Shown one piece after another: positions 36,446-46,935 of a stretch of 64,000 nt of DNA; the first letter of the stretch is position 1, and each line of letters opens with the position of its first letter. Made by a program: the position numbers and the translations under genes. Where the stretch lies: positions 133,057 through 197,056 of the forward strand of contig DASZAJ010000002.1 in the NCBI GenBank assembly GCA_035945215.1, in the 5' to 3' direction. The notes under the pieces were generated by a model that saw only the letters and a list, made by a program, of their open reading frames with translations, ran no database searches and had not been told where the DNA came from. This DNA comes from Thermoplasmata archaeon. Its GTDB lineage: Archaea > Thermoplasmatota > Thermoplasmata > Lutacidiplasmatales > UBA184.

Positions 36446-39379
36446 ATGCGCCGTTCGACTGCGATCTTGGGAGCGGGCCTCATCGCCGCGCTGATGTTGC
36501 TTTCGCCATCGGGACTTTCGCACGTGGGTGGTTCCCCGAGGGCCACCAGTTCGCTGGTCGCGGACCTCGCGAAACCCTCGGTCTTCACGGGCGTGGTCAT
36601 CATTCTTCCGAACGGCACCGTGACCCCAGGGGGTGCGCCGATCTCGCAGGTCGGAAACACCTACGCCCTGACGGCGGGATTCGCGGGCCGGATCATCGAC
36701 CAGCGCAATGGAAGCACGCTGAACGGCGCCGGATTGACTCTGACGACGACCCCGGGAGGGTCGATCGCGGTGACCGTCCAAGGGGCCACGTCGGTCACCG
36801 TTACTGGGTTAACGATCGCGAACGATTCCTCCATCGGCGTTTACGTCACGGCCTCCAACTCGGTGGCCATCACTTCCGACTCGGCGACGGGTAAGGGCTT
36901 CGCCGTATACGCCGACAGCGTGGCCGGCCTGAATGTCAGCAACGACCTGTTCGGTAGCACCGGGGGGATCTATGTCGAGTATGGGACCGACCTGCTGGTC
37001 GCGTCGAACGCCCTGGCCCATTCCATCGAGGGGGTCTACGTCTCGGAGGTCGTCGGAGTGGTGATCCGGAACAACAACATCTCGTTCGTCACCGGGGCCG
37101 CCCTCGACGTCGAGTATTCCACCAACATTCAGATCTCGCAGAATTCCATGTACAACCTGGTGACCTACAACAAGGACCAGATGTACCTCGAAGATGACAA
37201 GGATTTGACGGTCACCTGGAACAACGGGAGCGCCGGGGAGTACCTCGTCTACGGAGAGTACCTATCCGCGACCTACATCGCGAACAATCACTTTCCCGGG
37301 GTCCTGTACTCCGGCTTCTACGTCGAGTACTCGACGAACCTGACCATCGACCGGAACTACATCCCGCACACCGGGACCTATGCCTTCTACGGATACGGCC
37401 TCACCGGATTCGCGTTCACGAACAACCAAGCCGACCATGCGGGCTCCGATGCGGTCTACGTGGAGTATGCGACGAACGGGGTGATCTCGCACAACAACCT
37501 GTCGTACTTCCGGGACGGCGGGGTCAATCCCGAGTACTCTTCGAACCTATCGATCACGTCGAACCAGATGTCGTACGCGGTGTCCACTGCCGGCGACGGA
37601 ATCTATACGTACGAGGACGGCCAGCTCCTCATCGCCTCGAACAACGCGTCGCACGACGAGTACGGATGGTTCGATGATGAGTCGTTCGGCGTCGTCGTCA
37701 CCGGCAACGACTTTTCGCATGCGAACGGCTCGGGCGACGCGATCTACGCCGAGTACGACGGGGGCCTTACGATCTCCAATGTCCAAGGATCGTACTGCTA
37801 CTACGGCCTGTATCTGTACTACGCGAGCGGGGTCACCGTCCGGAACTCCAACTTCGACCATACCGCCTCGGAGGCGGTCTACGCCTACGAGAGCACGAGC
37901 ATCGCCCTGACCAACATCGGGGCGAACGCTTCGGCCGACTACGCGGTCGACTTGGAATACTCTACCGACCTCGCGCTCTCGAACGTCTGGGCGGCGGTCG
38001 CAACGTCGTACACGGTGTATCTGTACGAGGACCAAGGAGTGACGATCGCCGGCGTCGATGCGGCCCAAGGGAACTACGGACTCTACGCGTGGTATGTCAC
38101 CTCCCTCACGGTCGTCTCGAGCAACTTCTCCCAGGACCACTACGGGATGTACCTGTACTACTCCTCGGGGCTCACGATCTCCGACAACAGCTTCTGGCTC
38201 GACAACTACTCCTTCGATTACGAGTCCAACAACGCGGGTGTCGTCTACCATAACAACTTCATCAACGACCGGGCTTGGATCGTCAGTTCTCCCCCCACGA
38301 CCTCGTTCGCCTGGGCGAACGGCTACCCGCAGGGCGGGAATTATTGGAGCAACTACACCGGCCTCGACACCAAGAGCGGCCCCGGCCAGAACCTTCCCGG
38401 CGCCGACCGCATCGGGGACACGCCCTACGCCCTCAACCCGGTGACCGCCGACCCGTACCCGCTGATGGGGGCGTGGGTCTCGCACACCCTCACGTTCACC
38501 GAAACGGGGCTGGCCAGCGGCGTCGGCTGGTCGGTCTCGGTCGATGGCCGGTCGGCGTCGACAAATACGAACGCCCTCGTGTTCCTCCAGGCCGACGGGG
38601 CGATCGCTCCGTTCCAGTACGCGGTCGCGACCGTCCCCGGCTACCACGTCTCGCCCGCCTCGGGCAGCGGGACGGAATCCGGCGCGAACCTTGCGATCGG
38701 GCTCGTGTTCACCCCGGTGAACTACACGGTCACGTTCACGGCGGCCGGCGTCGCGCCGACCTCGGTCTGGTCCGTGACGATCAACGGCCATACGACGACC
38801 GCGACGGGCCCGTCGTTGACCGTCAACGAGCCGAATGGGACGTTCACCTACACGGTCGTCAAGGGGTCGGATTATTCGATCACCCCGTCCCCGGGCTCCT
38901 TCACCGTCGTGGGCGCTCCGATGACCATCGCGCTCACAGCCAAGGAGATCCTGTACAACCTGACGTTCTCCGAAAGCGGGCTGAGCTCCGGGACGAGCTG
39001 GTCGGTGACCGTGAACGGCGTGACGAAGAGCTCCACGAGCGCCACGATCGTCTTCCAAGAGCCGAACGGGTCGTACTCGTATTCGGTCGGGTCCGTGAAC
39101 GGCTACTCGGTAACGCCGGCGCACGGGACGGCGAGCGTGGCGGGCGGGGCCGCGGTCTTCGCCGCCGCCTACGCGAATTCGGGCCTTACCGGCACGGCGC
39201 TCGCGCTGCTCGTCGGGTTGGTCCTGGTCCTGATCGCGGCGATCGCCGGTTGGGTGATGTACATGCGGGCCCGCAAGCCCAAGCCCCCGACCCCGATGAC
39301 GGGGGCGGTCCCGGCTTGGTCCGAAGGCCCGCCCAGCGCTCCGGCCCCGTCGGGCCCCACCCCGCCTCCCTCGCCCTGA
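36446..39379 (+). CDS. Right-handed parallel beta-helix (NosD/CASH-like) surface protein with thermopsin-type repeats
   Basis: Many G.Y.EYS.N..I..N repeats, YHNNFINd, GGNYWSNY...D.IGDTPY...DPYPL, three Ig-like repeats, C-terminal TM plus Pro tail. Confidence 0.88.
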   Translation: MRRSTAILGAGLIAALMLLSPSGLSHVGGSPRATSSLVADLAKPSVFTGVVIILPNGTVTPGGAPISQVGNTYALTAGFAGRIIDQRNGSTLNGAGLTLTTTPGGSIAVTVQGATSVTVTGLTIANDSSIGVYVTASNSVAITSDSATGKGFAVYADSVAGLNVSNDLFGSTGGIYVEYGTDLLVASNALAHSIEGVYVSEVVGVVIRNNNISFVTGAALDVEYSTNIQISQNSMYNLVTYNKDQMYLEDDKDLTVTWNNGSAGEYLVYGEYLSATYIANNHFPGVLYSGFYVEYSTNLTIDRNYIPHTGTYAFYGYGLTGFAFTNNQADHAGSDAVYVEYATNGVISHNNLSYFRDGGVNPEYSSNLSITSNQMSYAVSTAGDGIYTYEDGQLLIASNNASHDEYGWFDDESFGVVVTGNDFSHANGSGDAIYAEYDGGLTISNVQGSYCYYGLYLYYASGVTVRNSNFDHTASEAVYAYESTSIALTNIGANASADYAVDLEYSTDLALSNVWAAVATSYTVYLYEDQGVTIAGVDAAQGNYGLYAWYVTSLTVVSSNFSQDHYGMYLYYSSGLTISDNSFWLDNYSFDYESNNAGVVYHNNFINDRAWIVSSPPTTSFAWANGYPQGGNYWSNYTGLDTKSGPGQNLPGADRIGDTPYALNPVTADPYPLMGAWVSHTLTFTETGLASGVGWSVSVDGRSASTNTNALVFLQADGAIAPFQYAVATVPGYHVSPASGSGTESGANLAIGLVFTPVNYTVTFTAAGVAPTSVWSVTINGHTTTATGPSLTVNEPNGTFTYTVVKGSDYSITPSPGSFTVVGAPMTIALTAKEILYNLTFSESGLSSGTSWSVTVNGVTKSSTSATIVFQEPNGSYSYSVGSVNGYSVTPAHGTASVAGGAAVFAAAYANSGLTGTALALLVGLVLVLIAAIAGWVMYMRARKPKPPTPMTGAVPAWSEGPPSAPAPSGPTPPPSP

Positions 39380-39502
39380 ACGAGCGTCGGAATCTGGCGA
39401 GGGGCCCTCGGGGGGGGAGCGGGTCGCACCGACCGGAGCGTTCGGCTACCTCGCCCATCGGATCCTCGGGGCGGAGGACGTACGGCGGATGGGGGCCCCG
39501 GG

Positions 39503-39784
39503 TCAGATCCGAGCCCCTACGATGTCCTCGATCCCCTTGCGAAGGAAGCCGAGGGCCGAGTATCCCGACGTCGTAAGGGCCACGTAGGTCTTGCCATCGT
39601 CGGCGGGCACGAACGTCACCAGGCCGCGGCCCTGGAGGAGCGCGAGGTAGCGTTCCAGTTGGGTGTAATTGATCCCCGCCGCCATCTGAAGCTGGGTGCG
39701 CTTTAAGGGTCGATCGCCCGGGGCGAGCACCTCCAGGATCCGGGCGACGACGAGAAGATCGGGATGGGCGGGCGGGTCGACCAT
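39503..39784 (-). CDS. Winged-helix regulator (archaeal HTH_45-like)
   Basis: KRTQLQMAAGINYTQLERYL..L..RGLV...LT..G. Confidence 0.8.
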   Translation of the reverse strand: MVDPPAHPDLLVVARILEVLAPGDRPLKRTQLQMAAGINYTQLERYLALLQGRGLVTFVPADDGKTYVALTTSGYSALGFLRKGIEDIVGARI

Positions 39785-39787
39785 CGA

Positions 39788-40549
39788 TCAGTACCGTCGC
39801 CAGAACTCCTGCTCGAGCGTGAGCAGTCGCCAGTTCAGGCTCGCGAGCCGGGCCGCGAGCGGATCCGTCTCGATCTTGCGGCCTTCCCGGACCACCCAAC
39901 GGTACCCGAGGATCGCGGCGGCGAGGGCGATCGCCATGACGCCGACCCAAGCCAGGATCGCCGGGCTCCCCGGAAAGATGCGGAGGAGCGACCACCCGGC
40001 GATCGCGCCGACCAGGACCACCATGATTGCATAGAACACCCCGACGACACTCGAAGTGCCACGGATCTTGGAGACCTGAGAATACGCTTCCCGTCCGCGC
40101 ATGAGCTCTCGGAGCGCGCCCGAGACCTGGAGGGGCAGCTTTCGGTCCGGATTCTCGATCCATCGAACCCAGGGCCACCGGCGCTGGAACGCCCGCAGGC
40201 GCTGCGGGAGGAAGATGTAGACGCCCGCGATCGCCACGAAGGCGAGCCCCAAGGGGGCCTCGAACCCCGGGAGATTCGATTCGGGGGTCGTCAGCGCGAG
40301 GAGGACATCTTCCACCCCGAGCAGGAGGAAGATCAGGCCGAGGAGTCGGAGGCTGACTAGGCGGGCCTTCTCGAGGGTAAGTAGGATCGAATCCGAGAGC
40401 GCCTTCGCCTCCGCGAGGAGAGAGGCGGACGCGGCGACGGGCGGAGGGGGCGGGGGGGGCACCCATCCTGGATGGAGCGGGGGAGGCGGCGGAAACGGGA
40501 CTGGGGTATCCGTCGGCCCCCCACCCGGAGCTTCGGAATCCCCTCGCAT
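39788..40549 (-). CDS. Membrane protein (about 4 TM) with Pro-rich N-terminus
   Basis: Two TM hairpins; 3-bp gap to the wHTH gene. Confidence 0.65.
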   Translation of the reverse strand: MRGDSEAPGGGPTDTPVPFPPPPPLHPGWVPPPPPPPVAASASLLAEAKALSDSILLTLEKARLVSLRLLGLIFLLLGVEDVLLALTTPESNLPGFEAPLGLAFVAIAGVYIFLPQRLRAFQRRWPWVRWIENPDRKLPLQVSGALRELMRGREAYSQVSKIRGTSSVVGVFYAIMVVLVGAIAGWSLLRIFPGSPAILAWVGVMAIALAAAILGYRWVVREGRKIETDPLAARLASLNWRLLTLEQEFWRRY

Positions 40550-40756
40550 GGTCGAACGAGGGAACCCCGATATTCAGTCCTTCCTCCGCGTAGTTGAGTA
40601 ATCTCGCGTCGGGAAGCCGTCGGCCGTGGGCGAGAGGGGGGATCGGGAGGAACCCCATACCCGCCGCCGTCCGGGCCGGGGATCGATACCATCGTGGGCG
40701 AATTGGGAATGGCGCGCCGGAGGCGCGCCCGACCCAGCGACCGGTTCGTCGCGCGG

Positions 40757-43120
40757 TTAGGTGCCCACGGGCCTCGACGGCCCCGGAGGGTCCTCGGGGG
40801 CCATCCACCTCATGGGGGAGGTCCAAACGGTCGGGCCGAAGCCCCCCCCGAGCAGGGCGATCCCGAGTACCGTGACGGGAAGGAACGCCAATGCGATCAG
40901 ATACGGGCTGACGGGGAACACCGCGGGCAGCTCGAAACCCAGGAGGAGACCGACGAACGGGTTCCAAGGGAGCAGGATCGCACCGATCTGGGTTCGCCGG
41001 ACCGAGGCGCGCACCGCGAGGGTCTCCGGCGAGCCCGTCCACCCTGAGGGCGGGGGCCGGCCGACGGCGGAGGCCATCGCGAGGTGGTAGAGGACCCGGA
41101 GCACGGCGAAGACGACCGTGGCGACCCCGAGCAGGATCCATTCGGGAGGAAGCGGCGGCGGGATCGAGCCCGCTTCCGATGCGGTCCCGTACGTAGGTGG
41201 GGTCCCGCTGACCAGGTCCCCGAACAAGACCAGGAGGAGGAACCCACCGGCCACCCAACTGCCGAAGGCCCACCACGCCGCGCGTTGTGCCGGCCCGACG
41301 TCGGATCCGCCCCCGTCGGGCGGGGACTCGCCGTACGACCTATCCAGCGAGACACCGTGCCGCCGGAGAAGGCGGGACCGGGCCGCGCCTAGGAACGGGA
41401 TGGTGAGCACGACCCCCAGGAAGACCCCGCCCACTGACGCCCATCCGAACAGCGATGGATCGACGCCGGGGCTGGGGAGAATCGAGAGCAGCGCCAGCGG
41501 GCTCCAGACGATGAGCCAGAGTCCGAGTCCACGGCGATAGGCGACCTGGATTCGGGCGCGCTCTTCTTCGTCCGAATCGGCCGGTGGGAAGCCCTTGGGC
41601 TCCGTGGGCAACCCCCTCGGTTCGTGGGGTCGGAGGCGACGGCGCGCGAGGGCCCATCCCGCCATCCAAAGCACCCCGACCCCCAGCATCAGGCCAGAGA
41701 ACCCGCCGATCCATCCGTGCGCGGCCGACGCGGAGGGGCTGTACGAATAGGCGGCCAGCCCCTGGGCCGAGGAACAGCCCGTGATGCAGACCGAGGTTCC
41801 TACCGCCGCCGGGCCCGCCGAGGGCGGTGGGGTGAAGTTGCCGCCCACCGGGTACCCCCCGTTCGGGTAACCACCGACCGGGCAGTTGTATCCGCACTGA
41901 TCGCCCGACGCCCCGATCGCCACCCACCAACCGCCGCCGTCGATGAGCGCCACGATCGGCAGGGTGGCGCTGGGGGGCGTCCACGGGGAGCCGAGCTGGA
42001 CGTGGCAACTGTGCGAGACCCCCAGTCGGGTCGTGTCGTAGCTCCAGCAGTCGACCCCCAGGCTGCCGGGGGTCGTCGCCGCGACCTCGACCGTCCCGCC
42101 GCCGAGCGGGACCAGAGAGACCACATTGGGGAGCGCGCCGACCGCGTTCCCGTCGGCTTGGAGCTGGTTGAACGGTAGCGCCGTGTAGGGTGGGGTGGTC
42201 AGCGGGATCAGATACGTCGGCGTAAGGATGTACGCGAGCGAATCCGAACTCCCCTGCAGGGTCCAGCTGGTCGGGGCCGGCAGGATCGTCGTCAATGTGA
42301 ATCCGGGAGGGCCTCCGGTGGGCAACGTCCAAAGCCATAGCTGCGAACTGCCGTTGGCGATCGATTCCAATCCGAACGCTAGGACGAGCCCTTGGTCGCC
42401 CGGTGCGATCTCCAATCCCTCCGGCAGGGGGATCGAATCCCCGGCGGCGAGGATCGGTTGGGCGGCGGTCCACGTGCGGCCTGCATCGCCACTCGTCACC
42501 GCCTCGACCGTCCCCACGCGTTCCCCGCAGCTCGTCGACGCGCCGAGCCATGCGATGGCGGCGCTCGACCCGACGATACCGGCCTGCAGGGAGGTCACGC
42601 TCAGGTTGGCGGTCACGAACGTCGAGGTCGACCACGTGGCGCCGCCGTCCGGGCTCGAAGCCAGGAGAACGGTCGAGTTCTGGGCGCACGACGCCAAGAA
42701 GGGCGTGGCCGGGGGCTGGAGGAGGCCTCCCCCGAAGGCGGCGCCTCCGCTCGAGGCCGCCAGGACGAGATTCGACCCGTCGACGGCGACGGCGGCGTGG
42801 GTCCACGGAGCCCCGCTCGCCACGATCGAATAGGGCACCGGGTTCGCCCTCCAGTCGACCCCGCGATCCGTGCTCCGCTCCAGGAGCACCGACCCGGAGT
42901 TCTCGCTGGCCGCGTACAAGGTGTCGCCCGATTCCGCCAGCGCGAAGAAGGAGCCGGAGGTCGCCAGCGTCGCCACCCTCGTCGCGGGGGATCCGGCGTT
43001 GACGACCGCGACGGTCAACCCCCCGAGGACCAGGACCACGGCGATCGTCAGGTGAACGGCGAGCCCGGGGGGGCCGTCCGGACTCAGCCGTCGCATCCAT
43101 CCTCGGGTCGCACCGGACAT
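40757..43120 (-). CDS. Asp-box (BNR/sialidase-like) extracellular domain fused to a multi-TM domain
   Basis: STDRGVDW, SPDGGATW, SGDAGRTW; about 7 C-terminal hydrophobic segments. Confidence 0.7.
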   Translation of the reverse strand: MSGATRGWMRRLSPDGPPGLAVHLTIAVVLVLGGLTVAVVNAGSPATRVATLATSGSFFALAESGDTLYAASENSGSVLLERSTDRGVDWRANPVPYSIVASGAPWTHAAVAVDGSNLVLAASSGGAAFGGGLLQPPATPFLASCAQNSTVLLASSPDGGATWSTSTFVTANLSVTSLQAGIVGSSAAIAWLGASTSCGERVGTVEAVTSGDAGRTWTAAQPILAAGDSIPLPEGLEIAPGDQGLVLAFGLESIANGSSQLWLWTLPTGGPPGFTLTTILPAPTSWTLQGSSDSLAYILTPTYLIPLTTPPYTALPFNQLQADGNAVGALPNVVSLVPLGGGTVEVAATTPGSLGVDCWSYDTTRLGVSHSCHVQLGSPWTPPSATLPIVALIDGGGWWVAIGASGDQCGYNCPVGGYPNGGYPVGGNFTPPPSAGPAAVGTSVCITGCSSAQGLAAYSYSPSASAAHGWIGGFSGLMLGVGVLWMAGWALARRRLRPHEPRGLPTEPKGFPPADSDEEERARIQVAYRRGLGLWLIVWSPLALLSILPSPGVDPSLFGWASVGGVFLGVVLTIPFLGAARSRLLRRHGVSLDRSYGESPPDGGGSDVGPAQRAAWWAFGSWVAGGFLLLVLFGDLVSGTPPTYGTASEAGSIPPPLPPEWILLGVATVVFAVLRVLYHLAMASAVGRPPPSGWTGSPETLAVRASVRRTQIGAILLPWNPFVGLLLGFELPAVFPVSPYLIALAFLPVTVLGIALLGGGFGPTVWTSPMRWMAPEDPPGPSRPVGT

Positions 43121-43147
43121 CCTGAGTGGGGTCCCCCCGTCCCTCCT

Positions 43148-43834
43148 CTACAGCATGTGACGCAACGGGTCGGCCGGATCGGAGGTCGGCGCGGGTGGAC
43201 TCGGCCCGACGCTCGCGCTAGGGTCGGAAGGGGGCATGTTCGGACCCTGAGGGATAGGGGGCAACGGGCCCCGGGGTCGCTTCGCGATCGCCACCCCGGC
43301 GGCGAGAATGGTCACTACCAACGCGACCACGATCAGGATCGAGAGGAATGGGATCGGAACGGCCGAGGTGGCCGCCGCCCCCCCGCCCGAGCTGCCCGCC
43401 GAGGGAGGCTGAGCCTGGGGGTTCCAGATCAAGTGGACTGCTACCGGGGACCCCGAGACGGTGAAGGAGCCGTTCACGTAGCCGCCCGGGACGCCGTTCG
43501 CCCCGCGACCCGTGGGAGCGTATGCCGAGTAGGAGTACGAGCCGTTCGCCTCGAGCAGGGTTAGGGAGCGGTTGGTGGTCGTCCACACTCCCCCCTGGAC
43601 GGTAAGATTCCAGACGGCGCCGGTCGAGAGTCCATCCGCGGTAAAGGTCACCCCGTATCTGGCCGAGGTAGCGACCGACCCTCCCGACGCGGCCGGCGCA
43701 CCCTCGCTGGTAGCCACCAGCGTGGGCCCTAGGGCCACCGCCACCAGGGCCAACGTGAAGGCGAGTCGAAGGGCGAATCCCACGGATCGACGAGACCCCG
43801 CCCATCCGTTCCCGACGAGGGGCGGATCACCCAT
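43148..43834 (-). CDS. Small surface protein, single thermopsin-type domain plus TM
   Basis: Signal peptide, YGVTFTADGL..G.VW...EANGSYSY, TM, Pro-rich tail. Confidence 0.75.
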   Translation of the reverse strand: MGDPPLVGNGWAGSRRSVGFALRLAFTLALVAVALGPTLVATSEGAPAASGGSVATSARYGVTFTADGLSTGAVWNLTVQGGVWTTTNRSLTLLEANGSYSYSAYAPTGRGANGVPGGYVNGSFTVSGSPVAVHLIWNPQAQPPSAGSSGGGAAATSAVPIPFLSILIVVALVVTILAAGVAIAKRPRGPLPPIPQGPNMPPSDPSASVGPSPPAPTSDPADPLRHML

Positions 43835-43927
43835 GAACGTCAGAAAGGCGGCGGCGGCCATCAACCCGTCGACAAGTTATCGTGGCAGAGTTGTACACCT
43901 CGGGGTCCGGTCGGGTCGGTCCACGCT

Positions 43928-44938
43928 GTGCGAGAGCTCACGATCGCCGAGTACCGGACCATGCTCGCCATCCTGACGAATCCGAGGGCGACCGAACGGG
44001 AACGGATCCGCCGCTCCGGCCTTCCCAGCTCCACGTACAACGTGGCCCGCCGGAGGGTCTACGCCCAGGGTTGGCTGCGCGACCTCCTGGTCCCGAACCC
44101 CGGACCGTGCGGCTTCGCGGGGGTCGAGCTCCGGCTGGCCCGCCCCTCCCGTTCGGTCCGGGAGGAGTTCCTGCGGACCTGGGCGGACGACCCGGAGTGC
44201 GTTCTATTGTGGGCCGGCCTCCACGCGGCCCTCGGGATCTTCATGCGTTCGGGCCCGGTCGGCGTGGCCCAACGAGCGGACCCCGACGGGGTTCCGGGGG
44301 GAACGGTCCAGGTCGGCGCCGGCCACGGTTCGTTGCCAGTCTACTTTGACTACTCCGGCCTTTGGGCGCGCTTTGGCGGCACACCGGCGCCCGCCGGATA
44401 TCCCGCGGGCCTCGATGCCGAATCCCGGCCGGCGACCCGTCGAGCGCTGGCCTCGGCCACTGGCCTGTTGCAAGCCGGTCCGGCCGACTCGACGGACCGA
44501 CCGCGATGGACGAACCTCCTCCGACTCCCGCGATCTCCGCGCCGTGCCCTCGAGGAAGGGACCGTGCAGTCGCGAACGGTCCTCGACGTCCTTCACCTTC
44601 CGGCGTTCCGGGATCGGCGCCTCGGGGAGGTCGTCCTCATCGAGGGCCGGCTCCGCCCGGCCGCGACCGCTCCACGCTTGCTGAACTCGTTGACCCATGA
44701 CTGCGGCGTTTTCCCGTTCCTGTTGGCGGCCTCGGAGGACCGATTAATCATGGCCGGGGTCGGACAGACGAGCGCTACGGGCCCCGGCCGCATCCCGGTC
44801 CCCTCGGCGCGACGCTCGGTAATGGGCACGCTCACCGCCGCGATGGACCCGGCGGAGGTCCTCATCGAACCGGTCGAGGCGATCGAGGAGATTGTGCCCC
44901 ACCGGTATCCGATGCGCCTTCCGGCGCTCGGTGGTTGA
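43928..44938 (+). CDS. Uncharacterised HTH-containing protein, paralog of 8457-9491
   Basis: TERERIRRSGLPSSTYNVARRR HTH-like region; shared motifs with 8457-9491. Confidence 0.62.
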   Translation: MRELTIAEYRTMLAILTNPRATERERIRRSGLPSSTYNVARRRVYAQGWLRDLLVPNPGPCGFAGVELRLARPSRSVREEFLRTWADDPECVLLWAGLHAALGIFMRSGPVGVAQRADPDGVPGGTVQVGAGHGSLPVYFDYSGLWARFGGTPAPAGYPAGLDAESRPATRRALASATGLLQAGPADSTDRPRWTNLLRLPRSPRRALEEGTVQSRTVLDVLHLPAFRDRRLGEVVLIEGRLRPAATAPRLLNSLTHDCGVFPFLLAASEDRLIMAGVGQTSATGPGRIPVPSARRSVMGTLTAAMDPAEVLIEPVEAIEEIVPHRYPMRLPALGG

Positions 44939-44980
44939 ATCCCCGGGCGATCTCGATCAACGGAACTGCGCCCGCGAGGA

Positions 44981-46012
44981 TCAAACGGGACCGTGCGGGC
45001 GACGGGGGCTCGGCGATCGCCCGTCCTCCGACGCTCGGCGCGGCGGCAGGCGGGACTCCTCGAACCTCGCGCCTTGGCCGGGCCATCGGACCGATTCCGC
45101 GAACTGGACGAGGGCCCGGGCCTGCCGAGCGGGATTCGATTCGAGATACTTCATCGTGGTCGCCAGGTTCTCGTGCCGCAGGAAACCCTGCAAGACCCGG
45201 TAGATCCCATCGGGCGCGGAACCCGGTGCGGCCAGCAACGCCTCCTCGAGCAGGGTCGCCCCGCTCCGACGGAACATGTGCGACGATAGTTTCGCCGGGC
45301 TCCCGGCCCGCTCCAATCGACGCTCGATCCGGTGTACGAGCAGGTCCAGTCCCGCGAGCGAGTAGGACGAGAGGCCGTTCGCCGATCGATGGATGAGGAC
45401 TTCGTTCGGGAGGACGGCCCCGGGGTGGCGCTTTCGCGCGGCCTCCACGAGCCGGGCGCGGCGCGCGGCGTACCGCTCGAACGTGGCGAGGAACGAGGGG
45501 TGGAGGGCGACCCACTGCAGCTTGGGCCGGCTGCGTCCCTTGCCGCGGACGAGCAGCCGGCGGCCGTCGAGGTCGATGTCGTCCATCTGCATCCGTTGCC
45601 ACTCGACGCGTCGTAGGCCCTGGCCGAGGCCGAGGAAGGCGATGAAAGCCAGGAGCGGATCGTCCCGGGTCTCCCGAACGATCGCCTCAACCTGCGATCG
45701 GGACAGCCAGCGAACGTGGGTCGGAGCGGGCGTCGGTGGGATCCCGGCCTCCCGAAGCATCTGATTGCCGGAGGCCCGGCCGAAATCGGAGAGGACGCTC
45801 AGGTCCCAATGCCGGTCATGGACCAACTGGCGGATGCGTTGGGCGTCGCGCAACGACCATCGGGCCGGGTTGGTCGGGCGCCGTTCCGATCGCAGCGCCT
45901 CCAGGACCGACCCCACGATAGCGCGGTAGCGGTGGAGGGTGCGGGGGACTAGATTGCGCGCGACCTTCGATCGCATCCAGCGTTCGAGCGCGGGGAATCG
46001 GTGGGCGGGCAC
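44981..46012 (-). CDS. Tyrosine recombinase/integrase (Xer-like)
   Basis: Catalytic set R (GLRRVE), K (RGKG), HxxR (HMFRR), H (LRHEN), Y (TTMKY). Confidence 0.88.
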   Translation of the reverse strand: MPAHRFPALERWMRSKVARNLVPRTLHRYRAIVGSVLEALRSERRPTNPARWSLRDAQRIRQLVHDRHWDLSVLSDFGRASGNQMLREAGIPPTPAPTHVRWLSRSQVEAIVRETRDDPLLAFIAFLGLGQGLRRVEWQRMQMDDIDLDGRRLLVRGKGRSRPKLQWVALHPSFLATFERYAARRARLVEAARKRHPGAVLPNEVLIHRSANGLSSYSLAGLDLLVHRIERRLERAGSPAKLSSHMFRRSGATLLEEALLAAPGSAPDGIYRVLQGFLRHENLATTMKYLESNPARQARALVQFAESVRWPGQGARFEESRLPPRRASEDGRSPSPRRPHGPV

Positions 46013-46112
46013 CCGGTGAAGTCGTTCGCGGGGCTCATGGGGGCTTGGGTCCCGATGGAGGATGAACGCTGGGGCCGCGGCGGCGGCCCTTTCGGCGCCC
46101 GGACGGAGCCGT

Positions 46113-46901
46113 TCAGTTCGCGGGCTCGGATTCGGCCACGAACTCGGAGAACCAGGTGACCCACCGTCGCGGGACCCAGCGGGCGATCGGGAGGTTCATG
46201 ACCCGCACCCCGACGAGCGAGAGGAACATCACCGGGACCGCGCGGGCGATCGGCATGCGAGTGTCCGGATCGTGGGTCCACGTCACGGCCACCTCGGAGA
46301 CCCGGAAGCCGCGCTTGCGGATGTGGTAGAGCAGATCGACGTCGAACGATCGGTTCGTCAGGGCGACGGCGCGCAGGACCGGCAGGACCACGGATCGCCG
46401 GAAGAACTTCGCGCCGAACTGCGTGTCGCGCAGCGGGATGAAGAGCAGGGAGCGCGTCAGGAAGTTCCACGAGCGCCCGGCGATGCGGTTGGCGAGCGGC
46501 TCCTGCCGGATCGCGTGGCTTCCGCGGACCCAGCGCGACGCCACCGCGCAGTCGAACTCGCCGAGGACGTCGACCAGCCGCCCGAGCTCCACCGGAGAGA
46601 TCGGACCGTCGGCATCGAGGTACCCCACGTAGTCGTACTTCACCTCGAGCAGGCCCTTCTGGATCGCCCCGCCTTTGCCGAGCTTGCTCGGGAATTCGAG
46701 GACGCGGACCCCGCGATCCGCGAACGAGCGCGCGACCTCCGCGGTGCGATCGCCGTGCCCATCGACGACGACGATGACCTCGAACGGCGTCCCCCGCGCC
46801 TCCAACGCCGGGATGTGTTTGTTCAGCGTGCGCGCGAGGCGGTCCTCCTCGTTCCACGCGGGGATGACGATGCTGATGCCCGTGTTCCCCTGGGTCTCCA
46901 C
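46113..46901 (-). CDS. Glycosyltransferase family 2 (dolichyl-phosphate hexosyltransferase-like)
   Basis: IVIPAWNEE, VVVDG..D.T, GKGGAI, YLDADG, ASRW, DTQFGAK. Confidence 0.88.
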   Translation of the reverse strand: METQGNTGISIVIPAWNEEDRLARTLNKHIPALEARGTPFEVIVVVDGHGDRTAEVARSFADRGVRVLEFPSKLGKGGAIQKGLLEVKYDYVGYLDADGPISPVELGRLVDVLGEFDCAVASRWVRGSHAIRQEPLANRIAGRSWNFLTRSLLFIPLRDTQFGAKFFRRSVVLPVLRAVALTNRSFDVDLLYHIRKRGFRVSEVAVTWTHDPDTRMPIARAVPVMFLSLVGVRVMNLPIARWVPRRWVTWFSEFVAESEPAN

Positions 46902-46935
46902 CGACCGATCCCCCCTCGACTACCGTCTCGGGGTC

